Source: Myxococcales bacterium (GTDB lineage: Bacteria > Myxococcota_A > UBA9042). From it: a DNA stretch of 64,000 nt. Below, one piece after another: positions 38,378 to 48,571 of this stretch (positions within the stretch are counted from its first letter, which is position 1; each line of letters opens with the position of its first letter). Location: assembly GCA_037441385.1 (NCBI GenBank), contig JBBISH010000003.1:64001-128000 (forward strand), given 5' to 3'. The notes under the pieces were generated by a model that worked only from the letters and a program-made list of their open reading frames with translations, was not told where the DNA came from and did no database searches. The translations under genes and the position numbers were made by a program.

Positions 38378-40099
38378 CTACTTCCCCTCGCTGGCCTTGG
38401 TGTCCGGGGCCTCGCCGTGGGCGATGTAGGCGCGCGCGTGTTTCCAACCGTAGTACTTCGTCGCGTAGTCCAGCACCATGCGCCGCGCCGAGAACTGGGG
38501 CGCCGTGGCGACCGCAGCCATCTGCATCTTCCGCCAGGCGGCCTTCTCGCCATAATACGTTGGAAGCACGCGCTGTTCCAGGGCACTATACAGGGCCTCG
38601 GCGTCGCGATCGTCGTCGCGGACCTCTTCGTCTTGGCCGATCGCCCAGCCGTTCCAGCCGTCGACGCAGCCCTCGGCCCACCAGCCGTCCAGCACGCTCA
38701 GGTTGGGCACGCCGTTCAGCGCCGCCTTCATGCCCGAGGTTCCGCAGGCCTCCAGCGGACGGACAGGGTTGTTCAACCACACATCCACGCCGGCGGTCAG
38801 CTTGTGCCCCAGCCACATGTTGTAGTTGGTCAAGAAGCCGATCCGCAGCTCGCCGCGCAGCTTGTGCGACATGGCCAGGATGTCGCGGACCAGCTTGCGG
38901 CCCTCGCCGTCCTTGTCGTGCGCCTTGCCGGCAAACAGGATCTGCAGCTTGCCGCCCGCCAGGCCGATCAAGCGGTCCAGGTTGCGGAAGACCAGGTTGG
39001 CGCGCTTGTAGCTGGCCATGCGCCGGGCAAAGCCAATGGTCAGCACGTCGGGGTCAAAGCCCAGCTGGGTCATGCCGTTGGCGTACTCCAGCAGTTCCAT
39101 CTTGGCGCGGCGGCGGGCGCGGGTGAACGCCTCTGGGTCCACACCGCCAATGTGGTGCAGCACTTCGTGGTTGTCGCGCCAGCCGTGCAGGTGGTAGTCG
39201 AACAGCGCACCCATTTCCGGCGCGACCCAGGTGTCGAAGTGCACGCCGTTGGTCACCGCCTCGATCTCCAACGGCGCCGGGCGACCTTCGCTGAGGTGCG
39301 CCGAGGTGAACAGCGGATTGGCCACGCGCGCGTTGATCACCGACACGCCGTTGACGTGGTCGGCCAGCGAGGCGGCCAGCCACGCCATGTTTAGCGTCTC
39401 GGCCCCGCCCAAGTGCGCGACTTTGGGCGGCACGTGCAGGCCCACGATACGCTGGACATCGCGGTGATCAAAGCGATCGAAGCCCGCTGGCACCGGCGTG
39501 TGGGTGGTAAAGTGAACGCGCTTGCGCGTCTCGGCCACCGAACCGATGTCCTTGAGCATCGCCGCCGCGAACAGCGCGGTGTGGCCTTCGTTCAGGTGCG
39601 CGTACAGATCCTCGTTGTAGCCCAAAGCCTTGATCGCCTCGTAGCCGCCCAGGCCCAGCACGGCTTCTTGGCGAAGGCGGTTCAGCACGTCGCCGCCGTA
39701 CAGCAGGTTGGACACCGGGCGCCACACGGGCGAGTTGCCTTCGACGTCGGTGTCCAAGAACAGCACGGGCACGCCATGGCCGTGGCGACCGCGCACCCAC
39801 CGGCGCCAGATCTTGATGCGCACGATCTCGGCCTCGAGTTCAAGCTGCACAACCGTGCCCGTGTCCTCCAGCACATCGGCCGGATCACAAAGCGGAAAGT
39901 CCAGGTGCTGCTCGCCGTAGACGTCGACCGACTGCATGCCATAGCCCTGCTTGTAGAACAGGGTCACGCCGATCAACGGCAGTCCGACATCGGCCGCGGC
40001 CTTGACATGATCGCCGGCCAAGACGCCCAGGCCGCCGGAATAGGTAGGAACTGCCGTGGTGAGACCGATTTCGGCGGTGACGTATGCAATATGCCTCAC
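38378..40099 (-). CDS. glgP: Alpha-glucan (glycogen/maltodextrin) phosphorylase
   Basis: YSGGLGVLAGD, HLNEGH, FTTHTPVPAG, FARRMASYKRA, EACGTSGMK (PLP lysine). Confidence 0.93.
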   Translation of the reverse strand: MRHIAYVTAEIGLTTAVPTYSGGLGVLAGDHVKAAADVGLPLIGVTLFYKQGYGMQSVDVYGEQHLDFPLCDPADVLEDTGTVVQLELEAEIVRIKIWRRWVRGRHGHGVPVLFLDTDVEGNSPVWRPVSNLLYGGDVLNRLRQEAVLGLGGYEAIKALGYNEDLYAHLNEGHTALFAAAMLKDIGSVAETRKRVHFTTHTPVPAGFDRFDHRDVQRIVGLHVPPKVAHLGGAETLNMAWLAASLADHVNGVSVINARVANPLFTSAHLSEGRPAPLEIEAVTNGVHFDTWVAPEMGALFDYHLHGWRDNHEVLHHIGGVDPEAFTRARRRAKMELLEYANGMTQLGFDPDVLTIGFARRMASYKRANLVFRNLDRLIGLAGGKLQILFAGKAHDKDGEGRKLVRDILAMSHKLRGELRIGFLTNYNMWLGHKLTAGVDVWLNNPVRPLEACGTSGMKAALNGVPNLSVLDGWWAEGCVDGWNGWAIGQDEEVRDDDRDAEALYSALEQRVLPTYYGEKAAWRKMQMAAVATAPQFSARRMVLDYATKYYGWKHARAYIAHGEAPDTKASEGK

Positions 40100-40129
40100 G
40101 AGATATACTCCTTGTTGCTTGCGAACTTG

Positions 40130-41098
40130 TTAGTACGGACGGTAGCCCGGTGCATAGCCTGGGGGATAGGTGCCTGGGGGATAGGTGCCCGGGGGATAGG
40201 CGCCCGGCGGATAGGCGCCCGGCGGATAGGCGCCCGGCGGTGGATAGGGAGGAGGAGGGGGCGCTGGGCGAAAACTGCGACTTTTCAGCATGTCCCAGCT
40301 TGGCCACGTGATCGATAGGCCGATCAGGCCCATGACCGGCGGCAGGTTGAATTGGGCCGAAAGCGTGCCCTTCTGGTTTTGCTGCACGACAAAGTTGGCG
40401 TCGCTGAGGACATGGAAGTCCTTGCTCGTCACGCGCCCTTGCGAATCGTAGCCGCCTTGCGTCGCGGTGATCACCAGGTCTTCGGATCGCGAGCTGCCCT
40501 GCGTCAGGCGCGCCGACACCTGGACAAAGGCGTGCGCCCACCAGGCCAAGGTGTATTCCGCGCCGCCGGTCAAGTACCAACCGGTGCGACTCTCTTTGGA
40601 GGTGTACTTGACCGCGTCGCCGTTCTGGATGATGGCGTTGCCGATGCTCACCGGGTCCTGGATCGCCAGCTTGTAGTTGGCCTCTACCTTGGCGTCTAGA
40701 TTGAGCCAGCTGATGCCCGCCAACGCGCGCAGACGGCCGTCGCCGCTGGCCAGCGGGTGCTTGTACAGCGCGTCGACTTGCAGCATGTCCAGGTTGGCTT
40801 CGCTGGACAGACCCGGCGCAACCACAAGCCGTGCAAAGGGGAAATCGAGCCCCAGCGGAATCTGCGTCATGCTACCCGTGGGACCGACCTTGCCGCTTTG
40901 CGGGGCCAGTTTGACCGGCAGCGTGAAGGCCTTGCCGGACCAACCCGGCGGGCTCGTCGCGACCATGTCGACGCCAGAAAACGTATACGCGCCGTCCACT
41001 TTGGGGGTCATGACGGTCTGCTGTACGCCCACGCTGCAGCCAGCAACGGCCGCTGCGACGAGCAGGGCGGTACTGGCCCTGACCAGACTGCGCCGCAT
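40130..41098 (-). CDS. Hypothetical lipoprotein/outer-membrane beta-strand protein with PPGAY-repeat tail
   Basis: Lipobox VAGC, amphipathic beta-strands, C-terminal YPPG(A/T) repeats. Confidence 0.6.
   Translation of the reverse strand: MRRSLVRASTALLVAAAVAGCSVGVQQTVMTPKVDGAYTFSGVDMVATSPPGWSGKAFTLPVKLAPQSGKVGPTGSMTQIPLGLDFPFARLVVAPGLSSEANLDMLQVDALYKHPLASGDGRLRALAGISWLNLDAKVEANYKLAIQDPVSIGNAIIQNGDAVKYTSKESRTGWYLTGGAEYTLAWWAHAFVQVSARLTQGSSRSEDLVITATQGGYDSQGRVTSKDFHVLSDANFVVQQNQKGTLSAQFNLPPVMGLIGLSITWPSWDMLKSRSFRPAPPPPPYPPPGAYPPGAYPPGAYPPGTYPPGTYPPGYAPGYRPY
40157..40240. repeat. 15-bp coding tandem repeat (PPGAY/PPGTY)
   Basis: GATAGG(T/C)GCC(T/C)GG(G/C)G units, 5-6 copies. Confidence 0.85.
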
Positions 41099-41129
41099 TC
41101 CGATTGCGCCTGCCACGCCGGTCGGCATC

Positions 41130-41624
41130 TCAGACCTCGTCCAAAGAGTGGATCAGACGGGGACCGCGATCGACCGGTGCGGGCGCCGCGGCGTCGCCGC
41201 TACCGCCGGTCAGCTGCGCGTATTCCCAGATCATGTCGTTCAGAAGCGCAACGGCTTCGCTGGGATCCACCGCTTCGGCCGGCATGCGCCGGCACAGGAC
41301 CACGGCGACCTCGTCTTCGTTGATCGGCAGCAAGCCCAGCGAGCAAGTCATCAGGCGCGGGTTCAGGGCAAACAGCGAAACCCCGCCGTCGGCCGCCGCA
41401 GCCTCTTCCCAGGGCCCCACGATGACGGCGCACAACAGCGCAACCCCCACTGCTGCATCGGGCTCTAGGACCAGAATGCACGTGGCTTCGTGGCCGGGGT
41501 GGACAAACGACAGTGCTACGGCGTCGGTGGCGGCGTCCAGGTCGACGGCGACGTCTGGAATCGCAGCCTCTACGGCCTGCTGCAGGCGCTCGCCTAGTTG
41601 CTGCAAGTTGAACACGAACGTCAC
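41130..41624 (-). CDS. Small acidic protein, possible YbjN/T3SS-chaperone-like fold
   Basis: About 160 aa, acidic, LFALN...CSLGL....VVLCRR pattern with a C-terminal helix; start uncertain. Confidence 0.45.
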   Translation of the reverse strand: MTFVFNLQQLGERLQQAVEAAIPDVAVDLDAATDAVALSFVHPGHEATCILVLEPDAAVGVALLCAVIVGPWEEAAAADGGVSLFALNPRLMTCSLGLLPINEDEVAVVLCRRMPAEAVDPSEAVALLNDMIWEYAQLTGGSGDAAAPAPVDRGPRLIHSLDEV

Positions 41625-41811
41625 CGCGCGGGCGCTGGCCCAGGCGCAGGGTACGGGGTTGCCGGGCACGAGACAAGTCCGGCGCCGCTGTGCGAGTTGA
41701 AGGTTTTGCGGCAGCGTCGCATGATCGCGGCGGCCGTGAATCGAATGCGCTGCGTCGGCGTAGAAGGGCCAGCGGCGTTGCGCGCCCAGCCGATCGCGAT
41801 CAGGGGGTTCC

Positions 41812-42822
41812 ATGCAGGGTATCGGTGCAGCGATCGCAAAGAAGGGTTGGCGGCTCGGCCCGACCGTCGCAGCACTGGCGGCACTGCTCACGCTCGCCAG
41901 TTGCGGAACCAGCACCGTGAGCATGATGGCCGTGCGGCCCGCCATCCTGAACGCGCAGGCGTACGGCGGCACCGTCAGCGTCGCGGGCTTTGCGCCGGCC
42001 CACCCGGACTATGCACTCATTTCCGGGCAGTTCCGCAACGAAGTCGCCGAACGGATCGCCGGCGGCGTGGGCGGAACGGTCCGGCTCTTGGAGTACGGCG
42101 GCGGCCTGGTGATCAGCGGCCGGGTCGAGGCGTATACCGCGCAGCTGCACGCCCACGAGCGCCTGACGACCTGCACCGACAGCGTCAGCGTGGACGGCGG
42201 AAAATCGAGCGCAACCAAGAATATCGAGCGCCCATGCGCTTGGCGCTGGCTCGACTGGCAATGCAGGGTGGTGGTCACGGCCCAGGTCACCGATCCGTCA
42301 GGCCGCGTGCTGATCATCCGGCCGATTTCGTACGAACGCAGCGGCAGCACGACCCAAGTGCGCGACGCAGCCCCAGTACCCCCCAACTTGCACCCGATCC
42401 TGCAGGAATTGCGCTTGCGTGCCGCCGAAGAGGTGGCCTGGTTGGTCACGCCGCACCACGAGCGGGTCAACGCCGTCTTCTACGACTGCCAGAAGCCCGC
42501 CACGGCTGCGTGCGAATTCGGCGTCAAGCGCATGGCCGAGGCCCGCTACGACGAGGCGGTGGCTGCCTTTACAGACGCCCTGGCACAGCTGGAGCGGGCG
42601 GGCGCTTCGGCGGCGGATCGCGCCAAAGTGCTATGGAACCGGGCGATTGTGCTGCAATTCTCGCGACGCTTCGACGAGGCAGTCGCGGACCTGCAAGCCG
42701 CCCATCGGCTGGATCCGCAGGACGAATACCGCGATCAAATCGCCGTGGTCGAGCGCGAGCGCGCCGCCCACCAACAGCTTCTGGAACAGGGTCTGGGGCC
42801 ACAGCCGCAGGCACCAAAGTAG
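41812..42822 (+). CDS. TPR-containing lipoprotein
   Basis: Lipobox LASC; C-terminal TPR repeats (YDEAVAAF, FDEAVADLQAAHRLDP). Confidence 0.7.
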   Translation: MQGIGAAIAKKGWRLGPTVAALAALLTLASCGTSTVSMMAVRPAILNAQAYGGTVSVAGFAPAHPDYALISGQFRNEVAERIAGGVGGTVRLLEYGGGLVISGRVEAYTAQLHAHERLTTCTDSVSVDGGKSSATKNIERPCAWRWLDWQCRVVVTAQVTDPSGRVLIIRPISYERSGSTTQVRDAAPVPPNLHPILQELRLRAAEEVAWLVTPHHERVNAVFYDCQKPATAACEFGVKRMAEARYDEAVAAFTDALAQLERAGASAADRAKVLWNRAIVLQFSRRFDEAVADLQAAHRLDPQDEYRDQIAVVERERAAHQQLLEQGLGPQPQAPK

Positions 42823-42826
42823 GCGT

Positions 42827-44197
42827 ATGAACGAAGCAATCGTCTCGCACGACGGACCAGGTCACGCCTGGCTGGCCAGCTTGGGCCGCCGCGGCATGGA
42901 GCTTGGTCTGCAGCGCATCCAGACCCTGCTGCAGCGCTTGGGCGCGCCGCAACAGGCTTTTGCAGTCGTCGCGGTGGCCGGCACGGACGGCAAGGGTTCC
43001 ACGTCGGCGATGTTGGCGAGCCTGTTGCAAGCGGCCGAGTTGAAGGTAGGGCACTACACCTCGCCGCACCTGCTCGAGACACGCGAACGCGTGGCGGTGA
43101 ACGGAGTTGCAACGACGGCCGAAGCGCTGGATCGAGCGCTTGCGCAGGTGCAGGGCGCGTGCCACACCGATCTCGATCCCACGCCCTTCGAAGCGCTGAC
43201 TGCGGCCGCCCTGCTGATCTTTGCTTCCGATCACGTCGACGTGGCCGTGCTCGAAGTGGGCCTGGGCGGCCGCCTGGACGCGGTGAACGCCACCGAGCCG
43301 GTGGTGAGCGTGATCACCCACTTGGACTACGACCACGTGGCGGTGTTGGGGCACAGCCTGCAGCAAATCGCCTGGGAAAAGGCGGCGATCGCTCGCGACG
43401 GCCGAGCGCTGGTGTGCGCCCAACCGGGCCTGATCAAGCCGGCTCTGCGCAAGCACGGACTGGTGCCGCGCCTGCTGACCTTGGGCCACGACATCGTGGT
43501 GCAGCAACCCGGCGACTTGCATCGGCAATGGCTCTCGCGGGCGCAACTGGCTGGCCCCGCCCTGGGCGACTCGCTGCCGATCGAGCTGAGCCTGCCAGGC
43601 GCACATCAGCTGGACAATGCCGCCCTGGCCGCCCTGGCCTACCTGGCCTTTGCCGAATGGTGGCTGGGTATGCACAGCAAGTCCTTGCCGCCGCTCGACG
43701 AAGTGACGCCGGCCCTGGCCGAGGTGGCCTGGCCGCTGCGGGCCGAGATCTTGGGCACCGAGCCGCTGGTGGTGGCCGACGCCGCGCACAATCCCTCTGG
43801 GATCGCGGCCTTTGCCGAGTGGCTGGGCGCGCGCGGCCGCGGTTGGCAGATCATGTTGGCGGTCCGCAATGATCGCGACGCCGAGCAGCTGCTGCGGCAC
43901 TTGGCGCCGGTCACCGCATGTTTCTGGTTGCCAAGGTGTACGGGCACCACGCTGCGAACCGCCGAGGAACTGGCCGAATTGGTGGATCGCGTGGCGCCGG
44001 CCTGTGCGGTCGCGGTAGGATCGGCCCACAAGTGCTTGGAACAGGCCCGCCGCGAGGTGGGCAAAGGACCGGGGGTGGCCATCACCGGCAGCCAGCACGC
44101 CCTGGGCGAGTGGCTCAAGACCGGGGTGCTGGCCAGCCCGCAACTGAATCGCCGGTTGGCCTTGGCCAAGGAGCCGGCAATAAAATCGGCAGGTTAG
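42827..44197 (+). CDS. folC: Folylpolyglutamate synthase/dihydrofolate synthase
   Basis: VAGTDGKGST, YTSPHL, LEVGLGGRLDAVN, EKAAI, DAAHNP. Confidence 0.92.
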   Translation: MNEAIVSHDGPGHAWLASLGRRGMELGLQRIQTLLQRLGAPQQAFAVVAVAGTDGKGSTSAMLASLLQAAELKVGHYTSPHLLETRERVAVNGVATTAEALDRALAQVQGACHTDLDPTPFEALTAAALLIFASDHVDVAVLEVGLGGRLDAVNATEPVVSVITHLDYDHVAVLGHSLQQIAWEKAAIARDGRALVCAQPGLIKPALRKHGLVPRLLTLGHDIVVQQPGDLHRQWLSRAQLAGPALGDSLPIELSLPGAHQLDNAALAALAYLAFAEWWLGMHSKSLPPLDEVTPALAEVAWPLRAEILGTEPLVVADAAHNPSGIAAFAEWLGARGRGWQIMLAVRNDRDAEQLLRHLAPVTACFWLPRCTGTTLRTAEELAELVDRVAPACAVAVGSAHKCLEQARREVGKGPGVAITGSQHALGEWLKTGVLASPQLNRRLALAKEPAIKSAG

Positions 44198-44295
44198 TAG
44201 GGCGGCGCGGTGCCTACCCCTACCTACCGCGCGAGCGACCCTGGGCGGAGGGTCGGAGCCTCGCAGACGGCCGCCCGACGACAGAGGAGTGACCC

Positions 44296-44574
44296 ATGCA
44301 TCTGCTCAAGATCCTCATGACCCTGGCCATCGGTACCGCCCTGGCGCTGCCCGCGTACGCGGACGGCCGTGGCGGCGGCAATCCCAACCCCGGCGCGGCT
44401 CCGGCGGCGGGCGCGGCCCCGGCTCCGGCCAAGGACGCCCGCAGCGGCGGTGGCACGACGGCTCCGGCCGCGGCCAAAGACAGCCGCAAGGGCGGCGGCG
44501 GCGAGATGAAGGAAGGCAAGCCGGCCAAGGTCAAGAAGGAAAAGAAGGCCAAGAAGGCCAAGAAGGCCAAGTAG
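44296..44574 (+). CDS. Small secreted Ala/Lys-rich low-complexity protein
   Basis: GAGGAG RBS, signal peptide ending AYA, Lys-rich tail, strong codon bias. Confidence 0.65.
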   Translation: MHLLKILMTLAIGTALALPAYADGRGGGNPNPGAAPAAGAAPAPAKDARSGGGTTAPAAAKDSRKGGGGEMKEGKPAKVKKEKKAKKAKKAK

Positions 44575-44585
44575 CACCCGCGCCG

Positions 44586-44627
44586 CGATCGCGACCGGCC
44601 GACCGCTTGGCAGGCCGGTCGCGATCG
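44586..44627. terminator. Strong hairpin after the small secreted protein gene (terminator or RNA-stabilising element)
   Basis: Perfect 15-bp inverted repeat CGATCGCGACCGGCC/GGCCGGTCGCGATCG, no U-tract. Confidence 0.5.
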
Positions 44628-44641
44628 GCGAAGCTTGCGGC

Positions 44642-45100
44642 ATGGCGCGCGCGATCATCGGCATAACTCGTCTCCATCCCGGGCGCGACGCCGATCTGCC
44701 GCTGCCGCGCTACATGACGAGCGGTGCCGCCGGCGCCGATGTCGTGGCAGCACTCGACGCCCCAATCACCTTACAACCACTTGAGCGCACAGCTATTTCG
44801 ACTGGCCTCGCCCTGGCAATTCCGCCGGGCTTTGAAGTGCAGGTACGTCCGCGATCCGGCCTAGCCCTGAAAAGCGGCCTGACGATTTTGAACGCCCCCG
44901 GCACGATCGACAGCGACTATCGGGGCGAGTTGCGCATCCTACTCGTGAACCTGGGCCACGAGCCGGCGCAAGTGGCCCGCGGCGATCGCATTGCCCAGTT
45001 GGTGATGGCAAAAGTGGAACAGGCCGAGTTTGAGGAAGTTGCCAGCCTCTCTGCCACGGAACGCGGGCAGGGAGGGTTCGGCTCGACGGGGCAGAAGTGA
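44642..45100 (+). CDS. dut: dUTP diphosphatase
   Basis: [39 protein letters not shown]. Confidence 0.97.
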   Translation: MARAIIGITRLHPGRDADLPLPRYMTSGAAGADVVAALDAPITLQPLERTAISTGLALAIPPGFEVQVRPRSGLALKSGLTILNAPGTIDSDYRGELRILLVNLGHEPAQVARGDRIAQLVMAKVEQAEFEEVASLSATERGQGGFGSTGQK

Positions 45101-47724
45101 TCCAGCATCGCCACACAATTCGGGGTTTGCTGGCCGTGGTCGGGTTGGTGCTGGCTGCGCTCGTCGCGGCCCCGCTGGCCTGGGCCGCCGAGCCGCCAGC
45201 GCCCGTGGAACCGCCCCAACTGGTCAAGCCCGTGGAACCGACGTACCCGGCCGAACTGGCCGGGCGGGGTGTGGCCGGCAACGTTGTCGTCGAGATCGAC
45301 ATCGACGCGACGGGCGCAGTCGTCGCGGCCAAAGTGGTCGAGTCGGCGGGGCCCGAATTTGACGCGGCGGCCTTGGCCGCGGCCAAACAGCTGCAGTGGC
45401 GGCCGGCCAGCCAGGGTGGCAAGGCCATCCCGGTGCGCATCCGTTATCGATTTGCCTTCCGTCCGCCCGTGCCGGCCGAGCGTCGTGGGCCGGCCGGGTC
45501 ACAAGGCCGCTATGATCGGCGCGAGGTGGAAGTAGCGCCCGCGGGCGCGAGCAGCCTGGAGGGCGCCGTGATCGAACGCGGCACCGGGCGCCCCGTGGTC
45601 GCCGCGCCCGTCGCCGTGCCGGCCCTGGGGGTCGAGACCACCACCGACAGCGATGGCCGGTTCCGGTTTGGCCTACTCAAACCGGGCACCTACGAGTTGT
45701 ACCTGCCCGGCACCGACCACAAACCGCTGCGTCAGACCGTCGCCATTGCCGGCAAGGGCACGCTGACGGTGCGGCTCAAGGTCGAACGCCTCTCGTACAC
45801 GATCTACCGGGCCACCGCCCAAGCGCCACAAGAGGCCGGCGAGACCTCGCGGCGGAGCCTGGGCGTCGAGGAAATTCAGCGCATTCCCGGCACTCAGGGC
45901 GACGCGTTCAAAGTGGTGTCGAATTTGCCTGGTGTGGCGCGGCCGGTGGCCGGCTCGGGCTTCTTGGTCGTGCGCGGTTCGGCGCCGCAAGACACCTTGA
46001 TCACGGTCGAAGGCGTCCACATTCCGCTAATTTACCACTTTGGCGGGGTGTACTCGATCCTCAACACCGACCTGCTCGAGAGCATCGACTTCTACCCCGG
46101 CGGCTATCCGGTGCGCTACGGACGGCAGTCCGGCGGCCTGATCAATGCCCGGCTGGCGACCCCGCGCGAGCTGGACGGCTGGCACGGTTATGCCGAGGCC
46201 AACGTCTTTCACGCCGGCTTCCTGCTCAAGGGCCCGCTCGGCAAGGACACCCAGCTGACGCTGGCGGCACGGCGCTCGTACATCGATGCGTTCTTGAGCT
46301 TGGAGCCCATCGCCAAGCTGCTGCCCCTGACGCTGGCGCCGCGCTACTACGACTATCAAGCCAAGCTGGACCATACGTTTTCCGAGCGGACCTCGGCGAC
46401 GATGTTCTGGTTCGGCAGCGACGACAGCCTGACCGCCGTGCTGGCCAACCCACCGGCCGCCTTCCCGCAAGCGCGCGGCGACATCGAGACCCGCACCTCG
46501 TTCCACACCCTGCTGGGGATCCTGCGCCACCGCGGCGACGGCTGGACCTCGACCACCACGCTGGCCGGGACCTTGGGCACAGGCAACGCCAACTTTGCCG
46601 ATCTGTTCCGATTTGACCTGTTCAATCGCGAATACACCCTGCGCCAGGACTTCACGGTTGGCGACGGCCCGGTCCAGCTTCGGCCCGGCTTGGACATCCT
46701 GTGCAACCCCTTCAGCATCGAAGTCTATGCACCGCCCATCCCGGGCACCGGCGAGCGAGGCACCGGCGGCGGTGGCCCCGGGGGGATCCCGCGCAGCATT
46801 CTGGCCAAACAAGAAGGTATCCTGATCGCGCCGTCTGCGTACTTCGACAGTGTTTTCAAGCTGCGGCCGGGGTTGGAGGTGGTGCCGGGCCTGCGACTGG
46901 ACCTCTTCCGCGGACTCTCGGGCGGCGAGGGCCTGACCCCGCGCCTGAACACCCGCTGGACGGCAATGCCGGGGCTGACGCTCAAGCTGGCGTCGGGGAT
47001 GGCGCTGCAGCGGCCGCAGCCCCAGGAGCTGAGTGATCGCTTTGGCAATCCGAACTTGCAGCCCTTCCGCAGCTACGAGACCGCGGGCGGAGCCGAGTGG
47101 AAGGTCAGCGAAGCCGTGGACCTGGACGTGCAGGTGTTCCGCAAAGATCTTCGCGATTTGGTCATCTACCCCAAGGGCGTGGTCGCCCAGAAGCCCATCA
47201 ACGCCGGGCGCGGTTGGATCACGGGCGCCGAGGTGCTGCTGCGCCACCGACCGGTGGGGCGCTTCTTTGGCTGGATCGCCTACACGCTGCAACGTGCTGA
47301 GCGACAGGATCGGCCGGGCGACCCGGTGCGGCTGTTCGGCTGGGATCAAACCCACATCTTGACGCTGCTGGGGTCCTACAAGCTGCCCGACAACTGGGAA
47401 GTGGGCCTGCGTTTCCGCTATGTGACGGGCAACCCCACCACGCCCGTGGTGACTGCGGTCTACAACGAGCAGACCGACACCTACACGCGGGTGCAATCGC
47501 CCAATCTGCTGAGCGAACGTCTGCCGGGCTTCCACCAGCTCGACGTGCGAATCGATAAGAAGTTCGTTTTCGACAGTTGGCTACTGAACGTATACCTGGA
47601 TGTGCAAAACGTCTACAACCACGGTAACCCAGAGAATATCCAATACAACTACGATGCGACCCAGTATACCTACGCCACGGGCCTGCCGATCATCCCGAGC
47701 CTGGGCATTCGCGGCGAATTCTAG
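45097..47724 (+). CDS. TonB-dependent receptor with N-terminal TonB C-terminal-like domain
   Basis: P.YP....G..G.V.VEIDID..G.V TonB motif, carboxypeptidase-regulatory-like domain, plug (NLPGV, VRGSAP, YHFGG), barrel ending GIRGEF. Confidence 0.88.
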   Translation: MIQHRHTIRGLLAVVGLVLAALVAAPLAWAAEPPAPVEPPQLVKPVEPTYPAELAGRGVAGNVVVEIDIDATGAVVAAKVVESAGPEFDAAALAAAKQLQWRPASQGGKAIPVRIRYRFAFRPPVPAERRGPAGSQGRYDRREVEVAPAGASSLEGAVIERGTGRPVVAAPVAVPALGVETTTDSDGRFRFGLLKPGTYELYLPGTDHKPLRQTVAIAGKGTLTVRLKVERLSYTIYRATAQAPQEAGETSRRSLGVEEIQRIPGTQGDAFKVVSNLPGVARPVAGSGFLVVRGSAPQDTLITVEGVHIPLIYHFGGVYSILNTDLLESIDFYPGGYPVRYGRQSGGLINARLATPRELDGWHGYAEANVFHAGFLLKGPLGKDTQLTLAARRSYIDAFLSLEPIAKLLPLTLAPRYYDYQAKLDHTFSERTSATMFWFGSDDSLTAVLANPPAAFPQARGDIETRTSFHTLLGILRHRGDGWTSTTTLAGTLGTGNANFADLFRFDLFNREYTLRQDFTVGDGPVQLRPGLDILCNPFSIEVYAPPIPGTGERGTGGGGPGGIPRSILAKQEGILIAPSAYFDSVFKLRPGLEVVPGLRLDLFRGLSGGEGLTPRLNTRWTAMPGLTLKLASGMALQRPQPQELSDRFGNPNLQPFRSYETAGGAEWKVSEAVDLDVQVFRKDLRDLVIYPKGVVAQKPINAGRGWITGAEVLLRHRPVGRFFGWIAYTLQRAERQDRPGDPVRLFGWDQTHILTLLGSYKLPDNWEVGLRFRYVTGNPTTPVVTAVYNEQTDTYTRVQSPNLLSERLPGFHQLDVRIDKKFVFDSWLLNVYLDVQNVYNHGNPENIQYNYDATQYTYATGLPIIPSLGIRGEF

Positions 47725-47843
47725 TATCGTCAGCTAGTTGCGCTCCGCCCAGCTACCTCGAAGCACAAACATTGTCGCCGGCAAACGCCTGTGCTAGCGT
47801 GGCCAACCGCTGCCAACTCCACGGCGCGACGCGGATCCCCAAT

Positions 47844-47918
47844 GGGTTCTGCGTCGTGCGCTTCTGCATCGTGGAGTTCTGCACCATCAAGTTCTGCACC
47901 ATCAAGTTCTGCACTGCG
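47844..47918. repeat. Intergenic 15-bp tandem repeat (5 diverging units)
   Basis: GGGTTCTGCGTCGTG/CGCTTCTGCATCGTG/GAGTTCTGCACCATC/AAGTTCTGCACCATC/AAGTTCTGCACTGCG. Confidence 0.8.
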
Positions 47919-48001
47919 CGGACTTGGCGTGCAGGTCTGCTGCCAGTCGGCGCGGCTTGGCAGCGCAACGACCGCTAGACGCAACCTCCGGTAGAGCGAC
48001 G

Positions 48002-48565
48002 ATGGGAACCGGTCCTGTGGAATTGCTGAGCAGTCTGCCCGTCATGGCCAAACTGGACGACGTGGGTCGCCAGGAGCTGCGGCGGTGGCTGCGCATCATC
48101 CCAGTGGACGTCGGCGAGGTCGTGTTCCGGCAAGGCGAGCGCGGCGGTGCGCTGCTGTGGGTTCTGCAAGGCATCGTCCGCCTGGAGGCCGCCGATCACG
48201 AGGGGCAGAGCCGCACGATTTGCAGCGCCCTGCCCGGCGAAGTGATCGGCGAACTCGCCTACGGCGAACTGTGCACCCGAGCCACCACGGCCATTGCCGC
48301 CAGTGCGGTGGTGCTGGCCGAGCTGACGGACTCGGATCTTACCCTGATCGAGCGGCGGTCGCCGCGGGTGGCTTCGCAAGTGATTTCTTGCCTGACGGCG
48401 TGCAACCTGCGGCGGTTGCGCCACATCAACCGCGAGCTGGACCAGGTGGTCGAGCGCCACATCGCCCAGCCCGTGCGGTCGCCCACGGCCGAAGTCGCGC
48501 AGGGGACCAGCGCCGCACGACTCTGGGCGCGGCTGGCAGGGCGCAGGCCCGGGCAAGGGGAGTAG
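48002..48565 (+). CDS. Cyclic nucleotide-binding domain protein
   Basis: GEVVFRQGE, QGIVRL, PGEVIGELA...RATTAIA. Confidence 0.8.
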   Translation: MGTGPVELLSSLPVMAKLDDVGRQELRRWLRIIPVDVGEVVFRQGERGGALLWVLQGIVRLEAADHEGQSRTICSALPGEVIGELAYGELCTRATTAIAASAVVLAELTDSDLTLIERRSPRVASQVISCLTACNLRRLRHINRELDQVVERHIAQPVRSPTAEVAQGTSAARLWARLAGRRPGQGE

Positions 48566-48571
48566 GCCAGC

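Noticed and set aside
47844..47918. Possible mini-CRISPR or repeat-encoded peptide
   Set aside because: Contiguous 15-bp units with no spacers, no cas genes, and no ORF with an RBS or codon bias
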